Shown piece by piece: positions 37,004-46,412 of a stretch of 64,000 bases of DNA (within the stretch, counting starts at the first letter, position 1; each line of letters begins with the position of its first letter). The notes under the pieces were generated by a model. That model ran no database searches, was not told the DNA's origin, and saw only the letters and a program-made list of their open reading frames with translations. This DNA is from Hyphomicrobiales bacterium (GTDB lineage: Bacteria > Pseudomonadota > Alphaproteobacteria > Rhizobiales > Devosiaceae): NCBI GenBank assembly GCA_004144345.1, contig SEEL01000014.1:17626-81625 (forward strand). Direction: 5' to 3'. The position numbers were made by a program, and so were the translations under genes.

Positions 37004-37839
37004 TGATGACGACCCTTGCCCTCCGCCTCGGCCGTGTGGTGCTGATCAGCATTGCGCTGATCATTGCGCTGGCGCCTTTCGTGGTGCTGTTCCTCAACAG
37101 TCTGCGGCCCGCCGACGAATTCCTTTCCGCTGGCTCGGGCCTCATCCCCTCGCATGTGACGTTCGAGCACTATGCCGAGATCTTCGATCCGAGCGGCGAC
37201 ACCTTCCGTTACCTGCTCAATTCGCTGATCATCACTACGGCGAGCACGATCATTGCTGTGCTGTTGGGTGCCATGGCGGCCTATGCGCTGGCGCGCCTCA
37301 AGCTGCCGTTCCGGCTGTCGATCGTCATCGGCATCATGTTCCTCGTGATCCGCTTCTATCCCAAGATCACGGTTGCCCTGCCCTACTTCCTGCTCATGCG
37401 GCAGTTCAACCTGCTCGACACGCACCTGGCAGTGATCATTGCCCATGTCAGCATGACCGTGCCCTTCGTCGTCTGGATGCTGCTGGCCTTCTTCGAGGAC
37501 TTCCCGAAGGAACTGGAGCAGGCGGCGATGGTCGATGGTGCCGGTGCCCTGACGCGCTTCACCCTGATTATCGTGCCGCTGATGGCCCCTGCCCTCGCCG
37601 CCTCTGCCGTGCTCACCGCCTTCATGTCGTGGAATGAGTTTCTGATGGCGTCGACGGTTGCCCCCAATTTTGCCAAGACGCTGCCGGTTCGCATCTCGGG
37701 CTTCATCACCGACAAGGGCATCCTGTGGGGTTCGATGTCGGCGATGAGTTCGGTGATCGTCATTCCCGTCGCGCTGTTCGCCCTGTTTACACAACGCTGG
37801 CTGGCCCGTGGCCTGACGGCCGGCGCGGTGAAGGGCTAG
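37003..37839 (+). CDS. Carbohydrate ABC permease (CUT1)
   Basis: LLNSLII, ELEQAAMVDGA, SWNEFL, RGLTAGAVKG. Confidence 0.93.
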   Translation: MMTTLALRLGRVVLISIALIIALAPFVVLFLNSLRPADEFLSAGSGLIPSHVTFEHYAEIFDPSGDTFRYLLNSLIITTASTIIAVLLGAMAAYALARLKLPFRLSIVIGIMFLVIRFYPKITVALPYFLLMRQFNLLDTHLAVIIAHVSMTVPFVVWMLLAFFEDFPKELEQAAMVDGAGALTRFTLIIVPLMAPALAASAVLTAFMSWNEFLMASTVAPNFAKTLPVRISGFITDKGILWGSMSAMSSVIVIPVALFALFTQRWLARGLTAGAVKG

Positions 37840-37937
37840 CCCATGGCACGCCTTCCATCGCCATCGATCGGCGGCTCACCACTACCGGCAGCAGGTTTCC
37901 TTGCCGCCTCCCCAACGCACACCCGGAGAACCTAGAA

Positions 37938-38750
37938 ATGACGACCAAGCACCTCTACGCCGACATGACGTGGCCCGAGGTCAATGAAGCCGTGAAGCAG
38001 GAACGCGTCGTGCTCATTCCTGTCGGCGCTATCGAGCAACACGGCTACCATCTGCCGGTCGACGTGGACAACGTCATTGCCGTCCACATTTGCGACGAAG
38101 TGGCCAAGCGGTCCAACGAGACCATCGTGACGATGCCGCCGATCCATTATGGCTACAATGACCACAACATGGATTTTCCCGGCACCATCTCGATCAAGAT
38201 GCAGCACTTCATCGACTATTGCGTCGATGTCGGTCTGAGCCTCGCCTCACAGGGCTTCAAGCACATCCTCTACGTCAACGCCCACGGCTCGAACGCCCCC
38301 TTGTGCGACCTTATCTCTCGCCGGGTGACGGTAGAGAACGAGAACTGCCTGTGCGGCTCGGTCAATCACTGGCAGGTTGGCTGGGACGTGATCAGTTCGG
38401 TGCTCGAAGGCGGTCCCTATGCCGCCGACCACGCCTGCGAATGGGAGACGTCGGAATATCTCTACATCGACCCCAACAAGGTGCAGATGGACAAGGCCGT
38501 CGACGAAATCCCGGCCCACCGCGGCGGTCCGCGCTGGCTCTATCCGGATCTGAGCGATAGCCGCAAAGTGTTCTTCATGAACTACTGGAGCCGGATGAAC
38601 GTGTCGGGTGTCGCCGGCACCGCAACTCTCGCAACGCCGGAAAAGGGCAAGGCCATGGTCGAAGGGACGATCGAACGCCTGATCACCATCGCCAATGAGT
38701 TCCGTGACCTCGAAATCGTCCCGCGCATCGATTACCGCGTGAAGGTGTGA
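37938..38750 (+). CDS. Creatininase-family amidohydrolase
   Basis: PVGAIEQHGYHLPVDVD, DFPGTIS, NAHGSN, HACEWETS. Confidence 0.92.
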   Translation: MTTKHLYADMTWPEVNEAVKQERVVLIPVGAIEQHGYHLPVDVDNVIAVHICDEVAKRSNETIVTMPPIHYGYNDHNMDFPGTISIKMQHFIDYCVDVGLSLASQGFKHILYVNAHGSNAPLCDLISRRVTVENENCLCGSVNHWQVGWDVISSVLEGGPYAADHACEWETSEYLYIDPNKVQMDKAVDEIPAHRGGPRWLYPDLSDSRKVFFMNYWSRMNVSGVAGTATLATPEKGKAMVEGTIERLITIANEFRDLEIVPRIDYRVKV

Positions 38751-39739
38751 TGACGACCGTAACTATAGCTGCATCCTCTGGCGCTGCCGTTACTGCGGCA
38801 GCGCCAGGGAGCCGGGTAGATCGCCTGGTCACCTTCGCGGTCGCGCCCGATGGCACCGAGCAGAGCTTTCCGCTGATCGTCATTCGGGGCAGCCACGAAG
38901 GACCCACCATGGTCTTCACGGCGGGTATCCATGGCGACGAATTTGAGGGGCCCGCCGCGCTTTGGCGGTTGGCCGAGGCCCTCGACCCATCGCAGCTGCG
39001 CGGTACCCTGCTGCTCGTGCCGATTGCCAATGCCAGCGCCTTTGCGGCCGGGATGCGCACCAGCCCGGTCGACAATGAGAACCTGGCCCGCATCTTTCCC
39101 GGCAACGCCGAGGGCACGCTGTCGCATCGGCTCGCCGACGCGCTGATGCGCACCGTCGTCGAGAAGGCGGACATTCTCATCGACAGCCATTCCGGAGGCG
39201 TCCGTCTTGCCTTCGTTCCCGTTGCCGGCTTTTACGAAGGCGGCGATGTGTCGGCCGCAGTGACGGCGCGCTCGCTCCAGATCGCCAAGCAGATGGGCAT
39301 CGAGTATTTGTGGCAATTGCCGCCGGTCAACGGTGTACTCTCCTATGAGGCGGCGCGGCGCGGTATCGCCGTCTGCGGCGCCGAGATCGGCGGTCGCGGC
39401 AACTGTTTGCCCGAGGATGCCGAGAATTATCTCGGCGCCTATCTCTCGGTTCTCGCCCACCAAGGCATGATCGATCCGGCTCACAAGCGCGCCGAGACCA
39501 CCGCCTGCCTTGAGGGCGATTGGCAGACGACGCCCGATGCGGGCTATCTTGAAACCGTGGTCAGCCTTGGGTCGCGCGTCGGCAAGGGTGAAACGGTCGC
39601 CGTACTGCACGACGCACTGGGCCAGACAATTCGCGAATTCCCCGCCGGGTTTGATGGCCGCGTGATGGCGGTACGTCACCTCAACAGTGTTCAGAGCGGC
39701 GACCTCGCGATCTGCGTGGTCAAGGAGACAATACGATGA
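38750..39739 (+). CDS. Succinylglutamate desuccinylase/aspartoacylase (AstE/AspA, M14-like) deacylase
   Basis: AGIHGDEFEG, PIAN..AF...RTSP.D..NLARIFPG, IDSHSGG, AEIGG. Confidence 0.9.
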   Translation: MTTVTIAASSGAAVTAAAPGSRVDRLVTFAVAPDGTEQSFPLIVIRGSHEGPTMVFTAGIHGDEFEGPAALWRLAEALDPSQLRGTLLLVPIANASAFAAGMRTSPVDNENLARIFPGNAEGTLSHRLADALMRTVVEKADILIDSHSGGVRLAFVPVAGFYEGGDVSAAVTARSLQIAKQMGIEYLWQLPPVNGVLSYEAARRGIAVCGAEIGGRGNCLPEDAENYLGAYLSVLAHQGMIDPAHKRAETTACLEGDWQTTPDAGYLETVVSLGSRVGKGETVAVLHDALGQTIREFPAGFDGRVMAVRHLNSVQSGDLAICVVKETIR

Positions 39740-40503
39740 GCATGCGCTTTGCGGGTAAGGTCGTCCTAGTCACCGGAGCCGCCGGGGGCATCGGCGCCGC
39801 GACGGTCCGTGCCCTCGTGGCGGAGGGCGCGCTCGCCATCGCCTCCGACCTCAAGCGTCCAGCGCGAGACCTTGGCATCGAAGACGTCCGCTTCATCGAA
39901 GCCGAGGTCAGCGACCGGTCCAGCGTGGACAACCTCGTCGCCGCAGCAGAAGCTGTCGCCGGGCACATTGATGCGCTGGTGCACACCGCGGCGATCCTCG
40001 GGGCCAGTGGCCCCTTCGAGCAACTCAGCAGTGATGACTGGTCGCGCTACCTCGACATCAATCTCACCGGCACCTTCAATACGTGTCAGTCGGTCGCCCG
40101 CTCGATGATCCGCACCGGCACCAGGGGACGGATCGTTACGATGGGTTCCGTCAACGCCTTCGCCGCCGAACCTGAGGCTGCCCCCTACGTCGCCAGCAAG
40201 GGCGGCATTCGCCTGCTGACCAAGGCAATGGCCGTCGATCTGGCCCGCCACGGTATCGCCGCCAACATGGTCGCCCCCGGTCCTATCCATGTGCCGCGCA
40301 ACACCGAGCTGTTCGCCCAGCCTGAACTCGTCGCCTTGTTTGCTCAGTCCGTCCCCTACGGGAGCGCCGGCAGCGCCGAAGACGTCGCGCGCGCCGCCGT
40401 GTTCCTAGCCGATCCCAACCTCGCCTTCGTCACCGGCGCCGAGCTCGCCGTCGACGGCGGCACCATGGCGCAGGTGCTGGCCCTCCCAAAAGCTGCCGGA
40501 TAA
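39736..40503 (+). CDS. SDR family oxidoreductase
   Basis: TGAAGGIG, INLTG, YVASKGG, NMVAPG. Confidence 0.92.
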   Translation: MSMRFAGKVVLVTGAAGGIGAATVRALVAEGALAIASDLKRPARDLGIEDVRFIEAEVSDRSSVDNLVAAAEAVAGHIDALVHTAAILGASGPFEQLSSDDWSRYLDINLTGTFNTCQSVARSMIRTGTRGRIVTMGSVNAFAAEPEAAPYVASKGGIRLLTKAMAVDLARHGIAANMVAPGPIHVPRNTELFAQPELVALFAQSVPYGSAGSAEDVARAAVFLADPNLAFVTGAELAVDGGTMAQVLALPKAAG

Positions 40504-40721
40504 CCGGCCCCGCCGCGACTGGCGGCCATCTTTTGTCCTTGCACACGAAGTGCTTGGCGGCCGCGGATCGGTACGCCACCGCTCCGAGTTGCCCGGGTCA
40601 TACCGTTCCGGCCGCCATGACGGGATCATTTCTTCCGCTCTGTGGTCCGCGCGCATGACAGGGCGGCTTCCTGCCCGGTGCGAGGGTGCAGGCGATGCAA
40701 CCGCCAGCACCGGAGGAACTC

Positions 40722-40904
40722 ATGGACGTCTACAGCCTCGCCGCAACCCAACTGCATTCGGGTAACCGTTCCGCGCCAAAGGACGGCAAGTCCGAAGACC
40801 GCTACTATGCCGAGGGGATTACCCTGCCCCGGTTGGCGCCGGGACTGGTCGGGCCAATCATCGTCTGTGCCCTGCTCATTTTCATCGGCCTGCCCGTCAG
40901 CTGA
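40722..40904 (+). CDS. Small single-pass membrane protein
   Basis: RBS GGAGG; 60 aa with a C-terminal hydrophobic helix. Confidence 0.55.
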   Translation: MDVYSLAATQLHSGNRSAPKDGKSEDRYYAEGITLPRLAPGLVGPIIVCALLIFIGLPVS

Positions 40905-40961
40905 CGCCGCTGACCACGAGGGCACCGCCGTGATAGGCTGCCCGGTGCCGGAGTGCGCATC

Positions 40962-41930
40962 ATGGACGATAGCGAGACCGAGAAGGCTGCAGTGGTGGCG
41001 GTGATCCGCGCCGAGACGGAAGCCTGGCTGCTGCGGGACTTCGATCTCTTGTCGAACTACTGGCTGCAATCGCCCCAGACCCGGCGCATGGAGGCCTTTG
41101 CCTCGCTCGGCGTCCGGGTCGATGAAGGTTGGGACGCCATCGCCGCCCGGCTCAGGAAGATCGTCGAGCGCTTCCCCGACCAGCATGCCTTCGAGGAGCG
41201 GGTGCGCTGGGAGAAGGTCAACATCGTCATCGAGGGCAATGTCGCCTGGATGACATTCGACCAGATCGGCAGTGACACGGGCGAAGACCGCAAGCGCCAG
41301 CTTCGCATTCTCCAGCGCATCGACGGCAACTGGAAGATCGCCTGCATGGTGATGATGGAGAGCAGCGTCGAGGAAACGAACAGCCCGCTGATCGAAATCG
41401 ACGCGGAGGGGCGCATCCTGTGGACGAACCAGTTGGCGCGCGAGCGGATCGCTGGTCACCCCGGCTTGATCAACGCCGCCGGTCGCCTGCGGGCCCGGCG
41501 CCGCGAGCGTGACGCCGGACTGCAGGACGCAGTGCGCCTGGCGTTTCGCGAGCTGCAGAGCCAGCGGCCCCTGAACGTATCGCCGAAACAGGCCTGGGCC
41601 GTAGCGCTCGGCGAGGACGAGGCCGGGCTGCCGATGCATTGCTGGGTTCTGCTCGAGGATGGCAAGGCGCTGGTGTCGTTCGACGATGCCGCGACCATCG
41701 CCAGGCGGATCACCGCGGCACAGGAAGTCTACGGGCTCTCGCCGGCCCAAGTGAGGCTTGCCCGCCTCATCGTCGATGGGCACGATCTGGCGGCCGCCGC
41801 CGATCTCCTCGCCGTCAGCATCAACACGCTGAGGACGCAATTGCAGCGGATCTTCGACAAGACCGGCGTGCGAAGCCAGGCCGCCCTCGTGCGCTCACTG
41901 CTCAGCACCGAAGCGCCGAACAAGACCTGA
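40962..41930 (+). CDS. NTF2/SnoaL-like + PAS-like + LuxR HTH regulator
   Basis: N-terminal NTF2-like domain ending GNWKIA; IDAEGRILWTN; LSPAQVRLA...HDL..AAD.L.VS.NTLRTQLQRIFDKTG. Confidence 0.8.
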   Translation: MDDSETEKAAVVAVIRAETEAWLLRDFDLLSNYWLQSPQTRRMEAFASLGVRVDEGWDAIAARLRKIVERFPDQHAFEERVRWEKVNIVIEGNVAWMTFDQIGSDTGEDRKRQLRILQRIDGNWKIACMVMMESSVEETNSPLIEIDAEGRILWTNQLARERIAGHPGLINAAGRLRARRRERDAGLQDAVRLAFRELQSQRPLNVSPKQAWAVALGEDEAGLPMHCWVLLEDGKALVSFDDAATIARRITAAQEVYGLSPAQVRLARLIVDGHDLAAAADLLAVSINTLRTQLQRIFDKTGVRSQAALVRSLLSTEAPNKT

Positions 41931-41936
41931 TGCCCG

Positions 41937-43052
41937 TCAGAGCGCCGTTCTATAGATGGTCTCAATATCTGCGAGGGTGAACTCGCGGGGGTTGTTGAGG
42001 ATCAGGCGCTTGATGGCGAAGGCGTCCTCGGCGAAGAGGCCGATATCCTCGGCCCGGGCGCCATGGTGCGCGAGGCTCATGTCGATCCCCAGCCTTGCAC
42101 AGAAGGTGAGGCTTTCCGCTCGCGCTGCAGCCTCGTCAGTTGCGCTGGCGAGGCCGAGCGCCGCCATGATGGTCGCGGTCTTGTCGCGCTGGACCGGCGC
42201 GTTGAAGGCGAGCACATGCGGAAAGATGATGGCGTTGGCGAGCCCGTGCGGCAGCTTCAGCCTGGTGCCAAGCGGATAGGCGAGCGCATGGCCGCCAGCG
42301 GTATTCACCGGCCCGAGGCAGACGCCGCCATAATAGGAAGCGAGCATCATGCCAGCCCGCGCTTCGGTGTCGCTGCCGTCGGCAACGGTGCGGCGCAGAT
42401 AGCGGCCCACCAGCTCGATGCCGAGTGTGGCATAGCCATCGATCAGCGGATGCGCCTTGATGTTGGTGAAGGCCTCGACGCAATGCGCCAGCGCGTCGAC
42501 GCCCGTGGCGGCCGTCACTGCCGGCGGCACGGAATAGGTAAGCTCGGGGTCGAGGACCGCGATATCGGCCAGCATGAAGCGGCTCTCGATCGCCAGCTTG
42601 GCCTGCGTCGCCGGGTTTGTCACCAGCGAGCGGATGCCTGCTTCCGATCCCGTGCCGGACGTCGTCGGGACCTGCGCGAGCGCCGTACGGCGGCCACCGA
42701 CCCTGTCGACGCCAACGACATCGAGCACGCTTTGCTCGCTGTCCCACAGCACGGCGACGAGCTTGGCAACATCCATCACCGAGCCGCCGCCGAGCCCGAT
42801 GACGAGATCCGGCTTGAAGGCGCGCGCGCTGGCCAGCACGGCCTCGACGGCGGGCAGGTCAGGCTCGGGCGGGATATCGGTATAGGTGACGATTTCACCG
42901 GCAAGGCCGATGCTTGCGGCAAAGCCAACCGTCGGCGCCATGGCGACAATGAAGATGCGCTTGTAGGCCGACGCCCAGAGGCCGAGCCGCCCAATCGCCC
43001 CTGCCCCGATCTCCAGACGTGCCGGCTGCAGCAGCGTGATCGGCCGCGCCAT
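41937..43052 (-). CDS. Iron-containing alcohol dehydrogenase
   Basis: GLGGGSVMDVAK, PTTSGTGSE, DALAHCVE, HALAYPLG...PHGLAN. Confidence 0.93.
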   Translation of the reverse strand: MARPITLLQPARLEIGAGAIGRLGLWASAYKRIFIVAMAPTVGFAASIGLAGEIVTYTDIPPEPDLPAVEAVLASARAFKPDLVIGLGGGSVMDVAKLVAVLWDSEQSVLDVVGVDRVGGRRTALAQVPTTSGTGSEAGIRSLVTNPATQAKLAIESRFMLADIAVLDPELTYSVPPAVTAATGVDALAHCVEAFTNIKAHPLIDGYATLGIELVGRYLRRTVADGSDTEARAGMMLASYYGGVCLGPVNTAGGHALAYPLGTRLKLPHGLANAIIFPHVLAFNAPVQRDKTATIMAALGLASATDEAAARAESLTFCARLGIDMSLAHHGARAEDIGLFAEDAFAIKRLILNNPREFTLADIETIYRTAL

Positions 43053-43065
43053 CGATAGGGTGGCG

Positions 43066-43998
43066 CTAGACATTCTCCTCGGCCTCCAGCGCGTCCATCC
43101 TGGCCCACACATTGGCGATCTCGTCTGCCGTCAGTTCGACCAGCGGCGGGCGCACCCGGGTCCAGCCGGCATGGCCGCGACGCTTCGCCAGCATCGCCTT
43201 GACGGTGGGCAATTGCACATAGGCATTGGAGAGGTCGCGCCAGGCATTGATGCGAGCCTGCGCGGCATCGACTTCGGCGCTCCTATTGGCGTCGAACCAA
43301 TTGTCGAACACGACGCGCAAATGCCTGGCGATGAGGTTCGAGCTCGAGGTGATGCAGCCGGCGCCGCGCGAGCGGAGCAGCGGCAGCATGAAAGGATCAG
43401 CCCCGGCGAGAACGGAGAAATTCTCGAAGGACGAGGCGAACGCCTGCATGCTGTCGAGCTTGCCCGAGCTATCCTTGATACCGACAACGATGCCGGGGAA
43501 GGCTTCAAGCAACCGGCCGGTCAGTTCGAGCGACAGGCCGACCTGCGCGATCGGCGGGATGTGGTAGAGCACTACCCGCAGCCTGTCACTGCCGACCCCC
43601 TCGATCACCTCCGCATAGAAGCGGAACAGTCCCTCATCGCTCACGCCCTTGTAATAGAAGGGCGGCAACAGGACGCTGGCCTGCACACCGGCGTCGAGCG
43701 CGTGCCGCGTCAGCGCAACGGTATCGCCGACATTGGTCTGCGACGTGCCGGGCAACAGGCGCTTGGCGTCGACGCCGGCCGCGATGACGTTTTCCACCAA
43801 TTGCATGCGCTGCGCGAGGCTGAACGAGTTTGCCTCGCCCGTGGTCCCGAGCAGCGCGATACCGTCGCAGCCTTCAGTCAGCAGCGCCTTGGCATGAGTG
43901 GCGAAGGCGTCGTGGTCCGGCGTGCCGTCGGCGAGCACCGGCGTCGCCGAGGCGCTGAACACGCCGTGGATGGGGAGGCTGCTGGCGGGATTCATCAC
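43066..43998 (-). CDS. DHDPS/NAL-family Schiff-base aldolase
   Basis: GTTGE, PPFYY, LYHIP, GIKDSSG (catalytic Lys). Confidence 0.92.
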   Translation of the reverse strand: MMNPASSLPIHGVFSASATPVLADGTPDHDAFATHAKALLTEGCDGIALLGTTGEANSFSLAQRMQLVENVIAAGVDAKRLLPGTSQTNVGDTVALTRHALDAGVQASVLLPPFYYKGVSDEGLFRFYAEVIEGVGSDRLRVVLYHIPPIAQVGLSLELTGRLLEAFPGIVVGIKDSSGKLDSMQAFASSFENFSVLAGADPFMLPLLRSRGAGCITSSSNLIARHLRVVFDNWFDANRSAEVDAAQARINAWRDLSNAYVQLPTVKAMLAKRRGHAGWTRVRPPLVELTADEIANVWARMDALEAEENV

Positions 43999-44942
43999 TT
44001 CTTCCCCGAGACGAGCCGGCGCGCATAGGCGATGGCCGAATTCATGTTGACGTGGTTGGCCCGGCCCGTGCCGGCGATATCAAACGCCGTGCCGTGATCG
44101 ACCGAGGTGCGGTCGATGGGCAGGCCCAGCGACACGTTCACCGCCGTATCGAAGGCAACGAGCTTTATCGGGATGTGGCCCTGGTCGTGGTACTGCGCCA
44201 CCACCAGGTCGAACGCCCCATTGTAAGCGCGGTGATAGACCGTATCGGCGGAGATCGGCCCCGACACGTCGATGCCTTCAGCCCGCGCCATGGCGACGGC
44301 GGGCACCACCTGCTGATCGTCCTCGGTACCGAACAGCCCACTCTCGCCGCAATGCGGATTGATGCCAGCCACCGCAATGCGCGGACTGGCATAGCCGATG
44401 CGCTTCAGATGCTCATTGCCGGCGCGGATGGTCGCCAGAATGCGTTGGGGCGTCGCGCGGTCGATCGCCGTCTTCAGCGACACATGCGTCGAGACGTGGA
44501 TGACCTTGAGCCGTTCCGAGCCGAGCAGCATGAAGGCCGACTTCTGTCCGGTCAGCGCGGCGAGCATGCCGGTGTGGCCATCATAGTGGTGACCGGCGAG
44601 GTTGAGCGCTTCCTTGTTGATCGGCGCCGTGACGATGCAGCCGATGGCGCCGGCCTGCGCGTCGCGCACCGCCTTCTCGATGAAGCGGAACGCCGCGTCG
44701 CCGGCCCGCGGATCGAGCTTGCCCCAGGGCAGCACGCCGCCCTCGATCGGCAGGTCGACAACCAGCGTCTCGAGGTCGAGCGCGAGGCCCGTCGCCTGCA
44801 ACGCTTTATCCAGCGTCGCGCGGTTGCCATATATGCGGGTACGCGCCCGATCCCCGGCGCTCATCTCGGCTACCGCCTTGACCGCGATTTCGGGCCCGAC
44901 GCCGGCCGGGTCACCCATGGTGATGCCAATGATGTCGCTCAC
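43995..44942 (-). CDS. pdxA: PdxA-family (PdxA2-type) 4-phospho-tetronate dehydrogenase
   Basis: [48 protein letters not shown]. Confidence 0.93.
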   Translation of the reverse strand: MSDIIGITMGDPAGVGPEIAVKAVAEMSAGDRARTRIYGNRATLDKALQATGLALDLETLVVDLPIEGGVLPWGKLDPRAGDAAFRFIEKAVRDAQAGAIGCIVTAPINKEALNLAGHHYDGHTGMLAALTGQKSAFMLLGSERLKVIHVSTHVSLKTAIDRATPQRILATIRAGNEHLKRIGYASPRIAVAGINPHCGESGLFGTEDDQQVVPAVAMARAEGIDVSGPISADTVYHRAYNGAFDLVVAQYHDQGHIPIKLVAFDTAVNVSLGLPIDRTSVDHGTAFDIAGTGRANHVNMNSAIAYARRLVSGKK

Positions 44943-46111
44943 TCGGTCACTCCGTCGATCCATCCCCGCGGGAGACGGACATATTTTATGGCGCGGCGGA
45001 AGTAGGTGTAGGCGACATGCAGCGCGCCGTCCGGACCTTCCAGCAGATAGGGGTAGGACAGTTCCCTGTTCTTGCCGTCGACCGAATTGTTGGTGAGGCA
45101 GGTGCCGGGGCTGTCATCGACGATGCGGCGCAGCGGCCAGCTCTTGCCGCCATCGCTCGAGACGCACAGCGTCAGCGGCGCGCGCGGCACGCCCCACACC
45201 GGGGCACAGCCGCCGGTGGCATCGGGTCGGTCGTCGCCCGCTTCGATCTCGTCATAGAGCGACACGCGCCGGTCCGGCGAGATTGCCGCCGACATCGGGT
45301 TGCACACCATGGCGAGTCGGCCGTCGGCGAGGCGCACGACGTTGATCGAAGAATTGTTGTTGGGCACATCGGTCGGCTCAGGCGCCGACCAGGTGAAGCC
45401 GCCATCGAGGCTTTCGGAGCGGTGGACGAAATCCGACTGGCGGCGGCGATAGAAGGCCACCATGTGGTCGCCATCGAGCGGCACGATCGTCATGTGCACC
45501 GAGCCGATGGAGCCCGGCACTTCGCTCAGCGTCCAGCTCTGCCCTTCGTCGAGACTCACTGCAACGCCGGCCGTGTCATGGCTGCCGTTCCAGCGCTGGC
45601 CGGGCCGCGAAATGCAGCGGAACACCGGCATCATCCACGCCCCGTCCTTGCGGCGCGGGAAGCGGGCACGCACAAATGTCCCGAGCGGCAGATCGAGATC
45701 GCGCGGCGCACCGCCAACCAGCCGGTCGCCCTCAAGCGACACCGGGCGCGAACGCAGCAGGCATTCGTCCTGGTTGCCGGCGGGCTGCGCCGTATGGATC
45801 AGCTGCCACTGGCCGTTGCCGTCGCGGGCAAGCACCGGGTTCTGCTCCGAGCGGTCGGGGTCGTGACTGAGCGCCACCGTCGGTCCCCAGCTCCTGGAAC
45901 CGGGCGCGAGGACCGTGCCATGGATCGAGATATCGGACTTGCCCTCCAGCGTGCCGCCGAACCACAGGCAGGCGAGCGTGCCGTCGTCGAGCAGCTCGAT
46001 GAACGCCGCATGGTTCTGCACCATCGGTGAAGCGAGGAAGGCTTCCTGCCTGCCATCAGCGCCATCGATGAGCCGCCCGTCCATGCGGGCGGCGATCTCG
46101 TCGGGAGTCAT
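44939..46111 (-). CDS. Cytoplasmic BNR/Asp-box (sialidase-like) beta-propeller protein
   Basis: Asp boxes [24 protein letters not shown]; QNHAA, EQNPVL, NNNSSI, ELSYP; no signal peptide. Confidence 0.88.
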   Translation of the reverse strand: MTPDEIAARMDGRLIDGADGRQEAFLASPMVQNHAAFIELLDDGTLACLWFGGTLEGKSDISIHGTVLAPGSRSWGPTVALSHDPDRSEQNPVLARDGNGQWQLIHTAQPAGNQDECLLRSRPVSLEGDRLVGGAPRDLDLPLGTFVRARFPRRKDGAWMMPVFRCISRPGQRWNGSHDTAGVAVSLDEGQSWTLSEVPGSIGSVHMTIVPLDGDHMVAFYRRRQSDFVHRSESLDGGFTWSAPEPTDVPNNNSSINVVRLADGRLAMVCNPMSAAISPDRRVSLYDEIEAGDDRPDATGGCAPVWGVPRAPLTLCVSSDGGKSWPLRRIVDDSPGTCLTNNSVDGKNRELSYPYLLEGPDGALHVAYTYFRRAIKYVRLPRGWIDGVTE

Positions 46112-46412
46112 CTCGTCCTCTTGCTGTTTGGCGGCAAACTCTAGGTCACCACACATGTTGTCAAGTTATAATCTCGCCGCAACACCTTGCATGTGCCGTT
46201 TTGTCTCATATTTTATATAGCTATTTCAATACGTTATACGACTACGCGACGTGACAAGCATTTGCCAAAGTAGTTTTAATTTGACAACTCGACCGCGTCT
46301 CCGGTTAGGTGCTGTCCGTTGGGCACCGCAACAGCGGCGCCCGTGGAAATATTCGCGTGGGCTGTTCGCAGCTCTGCCCATGCCTTCCGCAAAGCTGCGA
46401 AGGGAGGATGAC

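Noticed and set aside
43995-44942. Role in vitamin B6 biosynthesis
   Set aside because: Linked to a DUF1537 kinase rather than surA/rsmA/pdxJ, which indicates the catabolic PdxA2 type
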